From contig CAJXLE010000003.1 in assembly GCA_913055895.1 (NCBI GenBank), positions 1 through 51,347 of the forward strand: a stretch of 51,347 nucleotides of DNA. Reading direction: 5' to 3'. The notes below the pieces were generated by a model. That model was not told where the DNA came from, did no database searches, and saw nothing but the letters and a program-made list of their open reading frames with translations. Both the position numbers and the translations under genes were made by a program. The stretch is from an uncultured Bacteroidota bacterium (GTDB taxonomy: Bacteria; Bacteroidota; Bacteroidia; Bacteroidales; UBA12077). This document shows positions 1 through 9,916 of this stretch, piece after piece (within the stretch, counting starts at the first letter, position 1; each line of letters begins with the position of its first letter).

Positions 1-870
1 ATCCATGGCTTCGATGATGCGTTTTTTGGGTATGGGACCAAAAATGCCGTACTGGTTGTTGACCGATGGCATCAGGTAGATGGGCTCGGCACCCGAGATG
101 ATGATCCCGTAGTGAACCGATTTGTGACAGTTGCGGTCGAGCAGTATGGCATCACCCGGCTTCAAAAGGGTCTGTATGAGTACCTTGTTGGAGGTGGACG
201 TGCCGTTGGTCGAGAAGAAAGTGTAACGCGAATTGAAAGCCCTGGCTGCCTGTTCTTCGGCTTCCTTGATGACACCACCGGGGTGGAGCAACGAGTCCAG
301 CTCGGGTACCGAGACCGACACATCAGAGGTGAAAAGGTTTTCCCCGAAAAAATCGTAAAACTCCCTGACATAGGGGGAGTTTTTCACCGAGTTGCCCGAG
401 GCGTGCCCCGGAGTGTGCCACGAGTCCTTGGCTTTTTGGGCATACTTGACCAGGCGCTCATAAAAGGGGGCGCTGCGCTTTTCCTTCATCTCTGCCTGTA
501 TCTTGCGGACAATGTCGTCGTAGACATCCTCGCCCTTGAAGAAGTAGCCGTTGATGATGCCGCCGCTCGTCAGGCTTTGGCTGTCGGTGATGTGGGTGTA
601 GAGGAAGAGGGTCACCTCGTGGCGCAGGGCCATGAAATTTCTGAAGATCTCCAGTCCCGAGATCGTTTTGTCGCTGTTTTCACTTACGGGAAGCTCCCAC
701 TCAGAAAGGACCACATGAATGCTGCCGTCTTTTTTGAGAAGATCGCAGGCTTTTTCATAGTTCAGGCAGCACGTGATGTTGAGTCCCCGCTCTTTTAATT
801 CACGTGTGCTCTGCTGAAGGGAATCGGCCTGGCTGTCGACCAGGAGTACCGAATAGTTCATTTGGGTCAT
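1..870 (-). CDS. Orn/Lys/Arg decarboxylase (PLP, fold type I) with N-terminal receiver-like wing domain; 3' end runs off the window
   Basis: Manual translation from ATG at 870: MTQMNYSVLLVD...DSWHTPGHASG...FFGENLFTSD...STNGTSTSNK...LLDRNCHKSVH, the family signature motifs. Not in the ORF track because it has no stop inside the window. Confidence 0.9.
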   Translation of the reverse strand, partial: MTQMNYSVLLVDSQADSLQQSTRELKERGLNITCCLNYEKACDLLKKDGSIHVVLSEWELPVSENSDKTISGLEIFRNFMALRHEVTLFLYTHITDSQSLTSGGIINGYFFKGEDVYDDIVRKIQAEMKEKRSAPFYERLVKYAQKAKDSWHTPGHASGNSVKNSPYVREFYDFFGENLFTSDVSVSVPELDSLLHPGGVIKEAEEQAARAFNSRYTFFSTNGTSTSNKVLIQTLLKPGDAILLDRNCHKSVHYGIIISGAEPIYLMPSVNNQYGIFGPIPKKRIIEAMD

Positions 871-896
871 CGTGCGTTCGTTCTTATGAAAGGCAG

Positions 897-904
897 CAAA
901 GCTA
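897..904 (-). promoter_or_regulatory. Bacteroidota sigma-A -7 element (TAGCTTTG) for the decarboxylase
   Basis: Exact TAnnTTTG match 26 nt upstream of the ATG. Confidence 0.6.
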
Positions 905-1204
905 TAAAAACATTTTCTCAGGAAGGCATTTTTCTGAGCTGATTTTCATCAGTTAAAATGAAATAAAAATTCCCGGCCGTGGTGCCCGGGGATTTTACAG
1001 ATCGAAAATCAACCAAGTTACTCTGACGTTGTGGATGCAGATGGGTCTTTTTAACCGAGGTTCGAAAGGGATGTGAATTTGATTTTTTCCTCAAAATTGA
1101 TAATTTGCATGTCGCTGAGAACCGGTTATGGCCTGAGGGCAATAGCAGGTGACCAGGTGACAGAACCGACGGATAAACACTGAATCGTACCAAATGCCCA
1201 AGCT

Positions 1205-3295
1205 ATGAGAAATTTGTTGTTCAAGCATTTTTTTGTAAGCGTCTTTGTGCTTCTTATTATTCCTGGTCAGGCCTCAGGTCAGGACGATGATCCTTATTCG
1301 GAGGAGGTTGCCCTTTTCCGGGAATTTGTTAAAAAACAGATGGAGGCCGATCACATTCCCGGTCTTTCGGTGGGCTTTTACAAGGACGGTTACCAGTGGA
1401 GCGAAGGATTCGGCTATGCTGACCTGGAAAATGATGTGGAGGCCACACCACATACGGCTTACCGCCTGGCCTCCAATACCAAGTCGATGACTGCGCTGGC
1501 CATCCTGCAGTTGCAGGAGGAAGGCAAACTCAACATCGACGATCCGGTAAAAAGATACGTACCCTACTTTCCGCGGAAGAAATGGGACATCACCATACGC
1601 CAGGTGATGGGCCATATAGGTGGCATCAGCCATTACCAGGATTACGAAGAGGAGGGCTACATCAAGACCCACAAGGGTACCCGCGGGTCGCTGGCGATCT
1701 TTGATGGGTTTGAGCTGGTGGCCAGGCCTGGAACCGAATACAATTACAGCAGTTATGGCTACAACCTGCTGGGTGCCGTGGTGGAGGGTGCCGCCAATAA
1801 GCCTTTTGGCGACTACCTGCGCGAAAAGATCTGGGAGCCCCTCGATATGGACAACACCTGGATGGACGATCCGCACCGGATCATACCCCACCGGGCCGAC
1901 GGCTACCGCCTGGTTTTCGGTGAACTGAAAAAGTCGGAGTTTGTCAATGTGAGCAGCCGTTTTGCCGCCGGCGGCACTCGTTCCACTGTTGTCGACATGC
2001 TCAGATATGCACGTGGTCTGAATGAGCAAAAGGTGCTCTCAAAGCAGAGCACCCGTATGATGGAAACCACCATGAACACAGCCGACGGTATGCGAACCGA
2101 CTATGGCATGGGTTGGCACATAGCCCCGGTCAACGGACATTTCCAGGCCTACCATACCGGTGGGCAGCCCGAAACCCGCACCATGCTCATGCGCTTCCCC
2201 ACACGTGATTTTGCCATTGCCCTGGCCTACAACCTGGAAGGCGGCAGCCTGCGTTCCATTGCCAGGCGGCTGTACCAGCTGGTCATGGATGAAGGGTGGA
2301 ACGTCAGGCCTTTTACCGGCCACCGCTACGACGATGCCCTGCTGGAGGGTATGTGGGAAATATACAATTACGGGATGGCTTATTACGACAGGCGCAGCAA
2401 GCCCCGCAACACCGACCCGGAAGATATGCAGCAGATGTTTGATTTCCTGAACAACACCCTGAACCCCGACAAGCTGAAGGAAGATTTCGAGAAGGTGGAG
2501 AAGAAGATTCATGTGGGCCGTCACCCCAAAGCCCAGACGGCCTATGTGCGCATTGGCTCGTATATGGTGCACAAACTCGTCCAAAAGTATGGCAGGGAGC
2601 GCCTGGAGTATTATCACAAGCAGGGTGCACCGGCTTTCTTTTCCGATTACCTCAAGCTTAGTGCAGAAGAAGGCCACCGCTGGGCAGTGAATGAGGCTAT
2701 GAAGGAAAAGATCCGGCAATACCACGGTGAGTGGTCGCAGACCTGGAACAAGTATACCCGGCAGCTTTATATTGGTTCGTGGAGCGAGCTGGGTTCCATC
2801 CTCGACAGGCTCAGAAAGCAGGCCGAGGGCAAAACGCTTCATCCCGACTATACCTCGGTGTTGGCTGCTGCCCTTTTCGATAAAGCCATACAGGAAGGTC
2901 CCGCCTCCGTCCTACCCCTGGCGGAGGATTTTGCTTCACTGTATCCCGAATCGGCCATCCCCTATGTGATACACGGCAACCTGGCTGCTATGGCCGGCAG
3001 GGCCGACCACGCCGAATCCCTTTACCGGCAGGCCCTGGATGCCGCGGTCGACCGCCATGCCGTCGGTGCAGGGCTGCTTAACCATTATGCAGGAAAACTG
3101 TTTGAGAACGATAAGCTTCAAAAAGCCCTGGAACTGGTTGATGTGGCACGACGCATACATCCCGGCAACGGACGGCTGCTGGATACACGGGGCGACATCT
3201 ATGCCGAGATGAGCAGGCGGGCTTACCGCGAAGCACTCAGAAAAAATCCCGGACTTGAGGAGACCCATGAGGAGCTGAAGGAGCTGGAGCAGTAA
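1205..3295 (+). CDS. Secreted serine hydrolase (class C beta-lactamase/D-peptidase-like) with C-terminal helical/TPR-like region
   Basis: Signal peptide; RLASNTK (SxxK), YNYSSYGYNLLG, HTGG; TPR-like helices near the C-terminus. Confidence 0.85.
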   Translation: MRNLLFKHFFVSVFVLLIIPGQASGQDDDPYSEEVALFREFVKKQMEADHIPGLSVGFYKDGYQWSEGFGYADLENDVEATPHTAYRLASNTKSMTALAILQLQEEGKLNIDDPVKRYVPYFPRKKWDITIRQVMGHIGGISHYQDYEEEGYIKTHKGTRGSLAIFDGFELVARPGTEYNYSSYGYNLLGAVVEGAANKPFGDYLREKIWEPLDMDNTWMDDPHRIIPHRADGYRLVFGELKKSEFVNVSSRFAAGGTRSTVVDMLRYARGLNEQKVLSKQSTRMMETTMNTADGMRTDYGMGWHIAPVNGHFQAYHTGGQPETRTMLMRFPTRDFAIALAYNLEGGSLRSIARRLYQLVMDEGWNVRPFTGHRYDDALLEGMWEIYNYGMAYYDRRSKPRNTDPEDMQQMFDFLNNTLNPDKLKEDFEKVEKKIHVGRHPKAQTAYVRIGSYMVHKLVQKYGRERLEYYHKQGAPAFFSDYLKLSAEEGHRWAVNEAMKEKIRQYHGEWSQTWNKYTRQLYIGSWSELGSILDRLRKQAEGKTLHPDYTSVLAAALFDKAIQEGPASVLPLAEDFASLYPESAIPYVIHGNLAAMAGRADHAESLYRQALDAAVDRHAVGAGLLNHYAGKLFENDKLQKALELVDVARRIHPGNGRLLDTRGDIYAEMSRRAYREALRKNPGLEETHEELKELEQ

Positions 3296-3353
3296 AAAGC
3301 CGGGGTGGCCCGGTTGGTAAAAGCTATGCAGTGGCCGGACCAGTGCTTGTGTA

Positions 3354-6300
3354 CTAGAAGTCAAACTGGTCGGTGATCCTGGAGGGATTGAGCAGGTCAA
3401 ACTTGAGGTGGAAACGGATTTTTTCCCCGTAACGGGTGTTGATCAGGTCGCTGGCTTTCTCAAGGTTGTTGCTGGCTGCAACGGGAAAGTAGATGTCGAG
3501 CAGCTCAATGAAAGAGAACTTGATGCCGGTCTCGAAAGCCCAGTCGTTGTTGCTGAGGTCAACATTCATGGGTTGGTTGTTGCCAAAAGCACCCAGGTGG
3601 GCATAAGCCTGCAAGGGTATGTTTCGCAGCAGGGGAAGCGATGAGCTGATGTTCAGGCTGGTCAGCCATTCGCGTGTCCTGCCCAGGTTTGAATAAAGGG
3701 CAAAAGCTCCTTCATCCGGATAGAACTGCTGTGCCAGGAACTGGTTGCCAACCTCGTTGCCGGGCTGCTCAAAACGGCCCAGGAAAGTACGGTTGTAGGT
3801 GTAATCATCCATCCCGCTGCTTCCGCTCAGGTGGTAAGCATAAAACCAGGGAAGGTCCTCCTCCCTGTGAAGGAAGGCGCCTCCGAAAAAACGGATGTTC
3901 AGTCCCTCGTTGCGGTAGTACGACAACTTATAGCTGGCCTCGAGGGAGCCTTTCAGAAAGTCGCCTCCATATTCAAGCTGCGCATTCAGGCTGTGGGGGT
4001 TGATGCTAAGAGCGCTCCTGTCGTAGGTCAGGCTCAGTTCATGAAACATCCGGTATCCTTGTCCTCCGTTGCCCGCGACAAGGTCTTCTATCTTCCTGGC
4101 CCGGGTGAAAGCATAGTTCAGTTCTGTCTTTCCCCGTTTACGGGGCTCCTGTTTATTGAACCTCAGCTTGAGCTCGCCACGCAGGCGGTTGTATGACAGG
4201 TTGTTGTCTTCCTGGTAGCCATACTGCTTGCCGGAAAAGCGCAGCCTGACACGTTGAAAGGTCTGTTCGGGGTACAGGGTGAAGTTCAGCTGTCCCTGGC
4301 CCGACAGGTCCTTGCGGGAGGTGCTGTACAGGGGCGATAAGAAATAGTTGAAATGGTCGGGTGGCAGAAAGGCTTCGTAGAGGGTGACCCCCGCCATGGT
4401 CTTGTCGTAATAGTTCCAGCCCAGCGAGGGTGCCACATGTACCTGCGTGAAGCGGGGATTGTTTACCAAACCGAGAAACTCTATCTTCAGGGGTTCGGTC
4501 TTTTTAAACAGTCCCCCGGAGCGCAGGGTGTTGTTGTGCCGGTAGAGTTCAAGCATTTCCTGGTTCGGGTCGATGCGGTAGAGGTCCACCTCATCGCCCG
4601 GTATATCGAGCCACTGCTTTCCCTTAAAACCATCATACCACCGGGTGAAGATTGTTTTTCCGTCCCTGATGCCCCCTATGACAAGGGGTGCAGCTATCTC
4701 TCCCCGGTTGCTTACCAGCAGCCTGTTGCCTTTAACACGCTTCAGCGTGTAATCGATCTTTTTTGATGTGCCCACCACAGAGTTAAAAAACCAGTCCAGG
4801 GGCCGGTCGGTGTTTTTTTCAAAAGCCTCCTGCAGATCTTCGGGGTAGGGGTGTTGGAATTTCCAGGTATGGACAAAGTGGCGCATGGCCTGGTCGAAGG
4901 TTCGCCGGCCCAGGTAACCCTCCAGGTGTTCAAAAGCCAGGCCTGTCTTGCTGTAGGGGATGGAGCCGTAGTTGAGACCGGTGAAACCGGCCGAAGAGGT
5001 GTTGGTGGGTTGATCCTTGTTTTGCCGGGCAGGGATCAGGTACAACAACTCATGCTGATGGCGGTAATTCATATGTTCAATGCCCAGGATGCCTGCCAGT
5101 CCGCTGCTCATGCCATAAGTGTCATACAGCTTCAGGTTGGGATAGCGGGCATCCATGTACCTGATCTCACTGAAAGTGTTGATGCCCTCATCCAGGAAGG
5201 GGTACCTGCGCTCGTTGAATCCCAGCATGCCGTAAAACCAGTTGTGGCCCACCTCGTGCATGATAACAGTCTCAAGCATCCTTGGTTCCTGGGTGTGGCC
5301 AATGGCCGTGATGGTGGGGTATTCCATGCCGTTGCCCCTGGAGCCGGCCGCCCCCAGGATGGCGGTGCAATTGTCCCAGGCATAGTCGCCATACCACCTG
5401 GAATAGTGATCAATGGCTTGGTTGATATAATTGGTGGCGTTTCTCCACATTTCGGCCTGGTCGTTGGTGAAAAAAGCCCAGGTCTTGACATGCCGTCCGG
5501 AGCGGGGCAGTTTGACAGAGTCGAGCATCACGTGGTAACGTTTGTCGGCGAACCAGGCAAAATCATGTGTGCTGTCGATGGTGTAGCTGATGGTCTTGGT
5601 TTGATCCGATGAAGCGGGAAAATCCATGTCGCCGGGGTCGAAGGAAAACTGCCCTTTTGTGTCGAGGGCTTTGTTTTTAAGCCATTCTTTTTCAGATGGT
5701 GTTTGCAGGCTACCTGTGGCAGCCACCACATAATTTTTGGGCAGGGTGATGGACACTTCATACCGCCCATATTCGGAATAGAACTCTCCCATGTCGCGAT
5801 ATGGCATGGCGTGCCATCCCCGTTGGTCATAGACGGCAGGTTTTGGGTACCACTGGGTGATCTTGTACGACTGGCCGATGTGTCCGAGACGCGAGGTAAC
5901 ACCCAGGGGTATCTTCACGCGGAAGGGAGTGGTGATGGTGATGGTTTCGCCGCTTTCCAGGGGTTCGTTCAGTTCGATGGTACACACATCTATGTGATCG
6001 GGGTGGTGGTCCCAGTCAACAGGCTTTCCGTCGACGCGGAAACGGAGTGAGTCGATGTAACCGCGCTGATCTTCCAGCCGGAAAAGGTAATGTTTGCCAT
6101 CATTGCGAAACTGCTCCCTGGCCAGTGTGGTTTGGTTGTTTTTGTAGGCATTGGGCCAGAGGTGAAAATGGATTTTGTCCAGGGCTTCGGGGGCATTGTT
6201 GGTGTAACGGATCTTCTCAAAGCCCCGCAACATATGATCCTGGTCGTCCAGCCTTACCCGGATCCGGTAGTTCACTTCCTGCTGAAAATATTCCTGGGCA

Positions 6301-6380
6301 GATGCGTGGAATGGAGTCAACAGGACGGGTGCCATCAGCAATACAACAAGAGCAAGGGTCCGCATCATTTTCTCAATCAT
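3354..6380 (-). CDS. M1-family zinc metallopeptidase, secreted
   Basis: GNGMEYP, HEVGH...DEG (HExxH-x18-E); start moved to MIEKMMR (6380) where a signal peptide begins. The ORF-track extension overlaps the upstream gene. Confidence 0.88.
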   Translation of the reverse strand: MIEKMMRTLALVVLLMAPVLLTPFHASAQEYFQQEVNYRIRVRLDDQDHMLRGFEKIRYTNNAPEALDKIHFHLWPNAYKNNQTTLAREQFRNDGKHYLFRLEDQRGYIDSLRFRVDGKPVDWDHHPDHIDVCTIELNEPLESGETITITTPFRVKIPLGVTSRLGHIGQSYKITQWYPKPAVYDQRGWHAMPYRDMGEFYSEYGRYEVSITLPKNYVVAATGSLQTPSEKEWLKNKALDTKGQFSFDPGDMDFPASSDQTKTISYTIDSTHDFAWFADKRYHVMLDSVKLPRSGRHVKTWAFFTNDQAEMWRNATNYINQAIDHYSRWYGDYAWDNCTAILGAAGSRGNGMEYPTITAIGHTQEPRMLETVIMHEVGHNWFYGMLGFNERRYPFLDEGINTFSEIRYMDARYPNLKLYDTYGMSSGLAGILGIEHMNYRHQHELLYLIPARQNKDQPTNTSSAGFTGLNYGSIPYSKTGLAFEHLEGYLGRRTFDQAMRHFVHTWKFQHPYPEDLQEAFEKNTDRPLDWFFNSVVGTSKKIDYTLKRVKGNRLLVSNRGEIAAPLVIGGIRDGKTIFTRWYDGFKGKQWLDIPGDEVDLYRIDPNQEMLELYRHNNTLRSGGLFKKTEPLKIEFLGLVNNPRFTQVHVAPSLGWNYYDKTMAGVTLYEAFLPPDHFNYFLSPLYSTSRKDLSGQGQLNFTLYPEQTFQRVRLRFSGKQYGYQEDNNLSYNRLRGELKLRFNKQEPRKRGKTELNYAFTRARKIEDLVAGNGGQGYRMFHELSLTYDRSALSINPHSLNAQLEYGGDFLKGSLEASYKLSYYRNEGLNIRFFGGAFLHREEDLPWFYAYHLSGSSGMDDYTYNRTFLGRFEQPGNEVGNQFLAQQFYPDEGAFALYSNLGRTREWLTSLNISSSLPLLRNIPLQAYAHLGAFGNNQPMNVDLSNNDWAFETGIKFSFIELLDIYFPVAASNNLEKASDLINTRYGEKIRFHLKFDLLNPSRITDQFDF

Positions 6381-6405
6381 CAGATTCCTGGTGTGTACCG
6401 TATAA

Positions 6406-7320
6406 TTAATGGGTCCTTTCCAGACCGGGTGCTTTTTCGCCGGCTTCAACCTGGATGGGCAGGATGTTCTGCCGTGGCGGAAGGGGGCAGGTGGCGTATG
6501 GCGTGAAGGCACAAGGGGGGTTGTAGGCCTTGTTGAAATCCAGGTGGGTGATGTTGTCCCTATTGGGACCTTCCACCACCAAAAACCTGCCGCCGCCATA
6601 GGTCGTTTCGGCGTTGGTGTCATCGCCGAAAACCACGAAAAGGCTCTCCCTGCTTCCTGTGGGATGAAGCGTGTATTGTTTGTTCCGGTAGGTGAAGCGA
6701 AGCTCCCCGGGCGACTCATCCTGGTAAGTGCCCCCCAGCACGTTGGGGATGGTGATGGATTTGGGTTCCTCATAGGGCTTAAAAGTGGCCCGGATTCTCC
6801 AGTCCGGCTTGACCGGGTAAGCCGGTATGCTGTCGAGTTTATCCAGCAGTGGACTTTCCAAATCGCGAAGCCGGATCCCGTGCTGATCGCCCCTTTTGAT
6901 CACGTACCACCGCAGGGGGCCGTGGGAGAGGGTGGTGGCTTTACCCGAGGCATCGCTTTTCAGTTTCATCGTGCCCTGTACCCTTTTGCTCTCGTGCATT
7001 ACCTGTACATTGCTGTGGGGTGTGAAACGGATCTGGCCGTTGTTTAACTCAAGGGTGCCCAGGCGCTTCGGGGCTTTGGGAGGGAAAACCACATCCCGCG
7101 TGGAATCGCTGCCCAGGGTGTTGGCCCCCTCGTCCAGCCAGTATAAGCCTGCCAGGTTGAGCCAGCCGTCGGGCGACTTGAGGTTGTCCAGGCGCTGCTC
7201 TCGCCAGTCACGGACCTTGCTGACATAATCGCCGCCTGTGTCCTGGCCGGAGGGTTGCTGACACTGGAAAAGCCCAAAGGGCAAACAAAGCAATATGGTG
7301 AGAATCCCGAGATTTTTCAT
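6406..7320 (-). CDS. DUF1684 family lipoprotein
   Basis: GWLNLAGLYWL, TYGGGRFL, LDFNKAYNPPCAFTPYATCPLPP; lipoprotein-like N-terminus from MKNLGIL. Confidence 0.85.
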   Translation of the reverse strand: MKNLGILTILLCLPFGLFQCQQPSGQDTGGDYVSKVRDWREQRLDNLKSPDGWLNLAGLYWLDEGANTLGSDSTRDVVFPPKAPKRLGTLELNNGQIRFTPHSNVQVMHESKRVQGTMKLKSDASGKATTLSHGPLRWYVIKRGDQHGIRLRDLESPLLDKLDSIPAYPVKPDWRIRATFKPYEEPKSITIPNVLGGTYQDESPGELRFTYRNKQYTLHPTGSRESLFVVFGDDTNAETTYGGGRFLVVEGPNRDNITHLDFNKAYNPPCAFTPYATCPLPPRQNILPIQVEAGEKAPGLERTH

Positions 7321-7342
7321 AGAAACATTGGTCCTGCAGCCT

Positions 7343-7738
7343 TTATTCCATGGCCTCCCGTATCTTCGATGCGATCTCTTCAAATTCTTCCCCGGAAAGC
7401 TTGAGCTTGGGCTGGGTGAAGCTGGCATCAATCTCTTTGTTTAGGGGTATCAGGTGTACATGGGCATGGGGAACCTCCATGCCAAGCACCACAACGCCCA
7501 CGCGCCTGCACTCGACAGCCTTGTCAATGGCCCGGGCTACCTTTTTGGCGAAGACCATCATCCCGGCTATGGTGTCGTCGTCAAGATCAAAGAAATAGTC
7601 GACCTCGGCTTTGGGCACCACCAGGGTGTGACCTTTTTTTAGCGGGTTGATGTCGAGGAAGGCATAGTAATTCTCGTCCTCCGCTATCTTATAGGAAGGA
7701 ATCTCTCCGTTGATGATTTTTGTGAATATGGATGCCAT
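7343..7738 (-). CDS. HIT family nucleotide hydrolase
   Basis: SIFTKIINGEIP, FLDINP, GHTLVVPK, HAHVHL histidine triad. Confidence 0.93.
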   Translation of the reverse strand: MASIFTKIINGEIPSYKIAEDENYYAFLDINPLKKGHTLVVPKAEVDYFFDLDDDTIAGMMVFAKKVARAIDKAVECRRVGVVVLGMEVPHAHVHLIPLNKEIDASFTQPKLKLSGEEFEEIASKIREAME

Positions 7739-7750
7739 GAAGTTTTGTTT

Positions 7751-8224
7751 TTAAATCTTTATCTCCATTATTTCAAAGGGTATGATGCCGTTGGGCACTT
7801 CGATGTCCACCACATCACCAACCTCTTTGCCCAGCAGGCCTTTGGCAATGGGCGAGGAAACTGAGATCTTTTTCTGTTTCAGGTCGGCTTCGCTTTCTGA
7901 AACAATAGTGTATTCCATGACGGCATTGTTTTTCTTGTTTTTGATCTTCACCTTGTTCATGATTTGAACGGTGTTGGTGTCTATTTTTGATTCATCCAGT
8001 ACCCTGGCGTTGGCAATGGTGCTTTTGAGTCTTTGAATGCGCATCTCCAGCATGCCCTGTTCTTCTTTGGCAGCGTCGTATTCGGCATTCTCCGAAAGAT
8101 CTCCTTTATCTCGTGCTTCGGCAATCTGCTTTTTAATCTTCGGCCTTTCTACTGTTTCAAGCTGTTTGAGCTCTTCCCTGAGCTTGTTCAGGCCTTCTTC
8201 GGTAACATAAGACATTTTGGTCAT
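7751..8224 (-). CDS. greA: Transcription elongation factor GreA
   Basis: ARDKGDLSENAEYDAAKE, ISVSSPIAKGLLGK; start taken at MTKMSY (8224). Confidence 0.96.
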   Translation of the reverse strand: MTKMSYVTEEGLNKLREELKQLETVERPKIKKQIAEARDKGDLSENAEYDAAKEEQGMLEMRIQRLKSTIANARVLDESKIDTNTVQIMNKVKIKNKKNNAVMEYTIVSESEADLKQKKISVSSPIAKGLLGKEVGDVVDIEVPNGIIPFEIMEIKI

Positions 8225-8371
8225 TTTTCTCTCCTCTTTAACAAATTTCTTAATACTTTTAAAACACTGACTGAGTGAAACCTGCCCCATGGGCCGGGGA
8301 AGTTTCACCCAAAAAAGAACGAAAAAGAAATCCGCAAGAGCAAGAGCGAGAACGGAAATCTTTTTCAATCA

Positions 8372-8379
8372 CAAAGGTA
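8372..8379 (-). promoter_or_regulatory. -7 element (TACCTTTG) of the greA promoter, implying a ~140-nt leader
   Basis: Exact TAnnTTTG match. Confidence 0.6.
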
Positions 8380-8440
8380 CACAAAATAATCACTCAATTC
8401 CAATACGAGCGAAGCCATAGATTGGTTTCACCCTCATGGT

Positions 8441-8944
8441 TCAGTGGTATTTCCGGTTTAGAATTTCGGAATAGATGATGCCTTCCTCCACATCGAAATC
8501 CTCCCGGATGGCATCTATCCTGCTTCTGCCAGGTGTTTTTCTTTTCTTTTTTTTATAGCCCTGCCCGGGAGCTTTTTTTGCCGCGGGCTTGTCTTCATGG
8601 CCGGGCTTTTCTTCCTCTTTTTCGTCTTGGTTTTCAGACGATTCCTGGTGTTTGCGGAGGACGGCCTGCTTCTTTTCTTCCACTGTGTCTCCTTCAGGAA
8701 AATGATATTCATCATCCTGCCACCACCTGCTCTCATCACTTTCAGCGGCTGCCTCCCTTGCCGGCCTCCCATCACCATGCCCGCCTGAATCCTCTTGTGA
8801 AGGGACAGTTGCTTGTCCGCCGTCGTTACTTTCCACATTGAACGATGCGGCCCTTTTCTTATTGCCTTTTTGCTTTCTTGATGAGGAAAAAAGGGATATG
8901 ATACCCGAGGCCACGATGATCAGTAAGGGGATAAGCTCTTCCAT
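8441..8944 (-). CDS. Hypothetical membrane-anchored protein with low-complexity charged middle
   Basis: N-terminal hydrophobic helix; C-terminal GIIYSEILNRKY resembles a motif in Bacteroidota hypothetical proteins. Confidence 0.7.
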   Translation of the reverse strand: MEELIPLLIIVASGIISLFSSSRKQKGNKKRAASFNVESNDGGQATVPSQEDSGGHGDGRPAREAAAESDESRWWQDDEYHFPEGDTVEEKKQAVLRKHQESSENQDEKEEEKPGHEDKPAAKKAPGQGYKKKKRKTPGRSRIDAIREDFDVEEGIIYSEILNRKYH

Positions 8945-8971
8945 GGCAATGCATTTAAATTGAGGGCTTGG

Positions 8972-9337
8972 TTAACGATAAAGTCCTTCATCAGGGCGGT
9001 CGAACCATTCTATGACATCTTCAAACCAATCGCCGATGCGCTCAAAGATTGAAGGTTTTTCCTCTTTCATGTTCTGGTTTCTCCACTGCTCGGCCTGGCG
9101 GGCATTGTAATCCATCCACTTCTGGACATTCTGCGGTTGCCTTTCATAGTGTTTCTCGATGAATTTTTCCCGCGCTTCCTGGTACTCTTTTTGATGTTTC
9201 TTGTTGATTCTTTTATTAACTTTGTCCGATCGTTCATTGGCCTTTTGCGGCCGGGTCAGGCTGCAACCGGCAGAGCTTATTACAAGCGCAACGATCATCA
9301 GGCTGCAACCGGCCTTCTTGAAAAATTGTTCCACCAT
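8972..9337 (-). CDS. Hypothetical lipoprotein
   Basis: Lipobox-like ISSAGC; co-oriented with downstream genes. Confidence 0.6.
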   Translation of the reverse strand: MVEQFFKKAGCSLMIVALVISSAGCSLTRPQKANERSDKVNKRINKKHQKEYQEAREKFIEKHYERQPQNVQKWMDYNARQAEQWRNQNMKEEKPSIFERIGDWFEDVIEWFDRPDEGLYR

Positions 9338-9357
9338 AAATTAAAAGAATTTTCAAG

Positions 9358-9807
9358 ATGCCTGCTAAAAAAACAAAGATAATATATTTTTTGATTCTTC
9401 CATGGTTTTTGTTTCTATTACAGGGCTGTGAGGATGACCGGCGGCCATTCCCCTATGTGCATGTCAATGTCACCTTCGACATCTCCACCCAGCTGAACAA
9501 CCTGCAAATAGGTCAATACATCATCAAAGATGACAAGGACACTTATGGATACGGGGGACTGATCATCTACCGTTCGGGAAGAAGCACTTTTTATGCCTTC
9601 GACCTGGCATGCCCCTTTAGGCCCCAGAACAAATGCCTTTTGAAGGAGGACGACACTTTTGACAACCTGATGAAGTGTCCCTGCTGCGGCTCCAGTTACC
9701 AGCTTGCCAACGAGGGCAGGCCTTTCAACGGTCCTTCCACACAACCCCTCAAACAATACGAAGCCTTTTACATAGAAGCTTCCAACCAGTTAAAGGTTAC
9801 CAACTGA
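9358..9807 (+). CDS. Rieske-fold-like lipoprotein (Cys-only variant)
   Basis: LQGC lipobox; FYAFDLACPF...C...CPCCGSSY...G.P..GP...PL, which follows Rieske box spacing but lacks the His ligands. Confidence 0.7.
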   Translation: MPAKKTKIIYFLILPWFLFLLQGCEDDRRPFPYVHVNVTFDISTQLNNLQIGQYIIKDDKDTYGYGGLIIYRSGRSTFYAFDLACPFRPQNKCLLKEDDTFDNLMKCPCCGSSYQLANEGRPFNGPSTQPLKQYEAFYIEASNQLKVTN

Positions 9808-9916
9808 TTTACAGGTGGCGATCCGTCAGTTCCATATGCTTGCCGGATGAATTGGGAAAGGAGGCATTGGCCCTGTGCAGGGTGCCATGCCAGAATGGTC
9901 ATTTCCTTGTTTAATA

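Noticed and set aside
112-798. 228-aa plus-strand ORF
   Set aside because: Antisense shadow of the decarboxylase, which carries the real family motifs
8225-8368. In-frame N-terminal extension of GreA from a TTG
   Set aside because: It starts at or before the predicted TSS and covers the hairpin leader; normal GreA length fits the 8224 start
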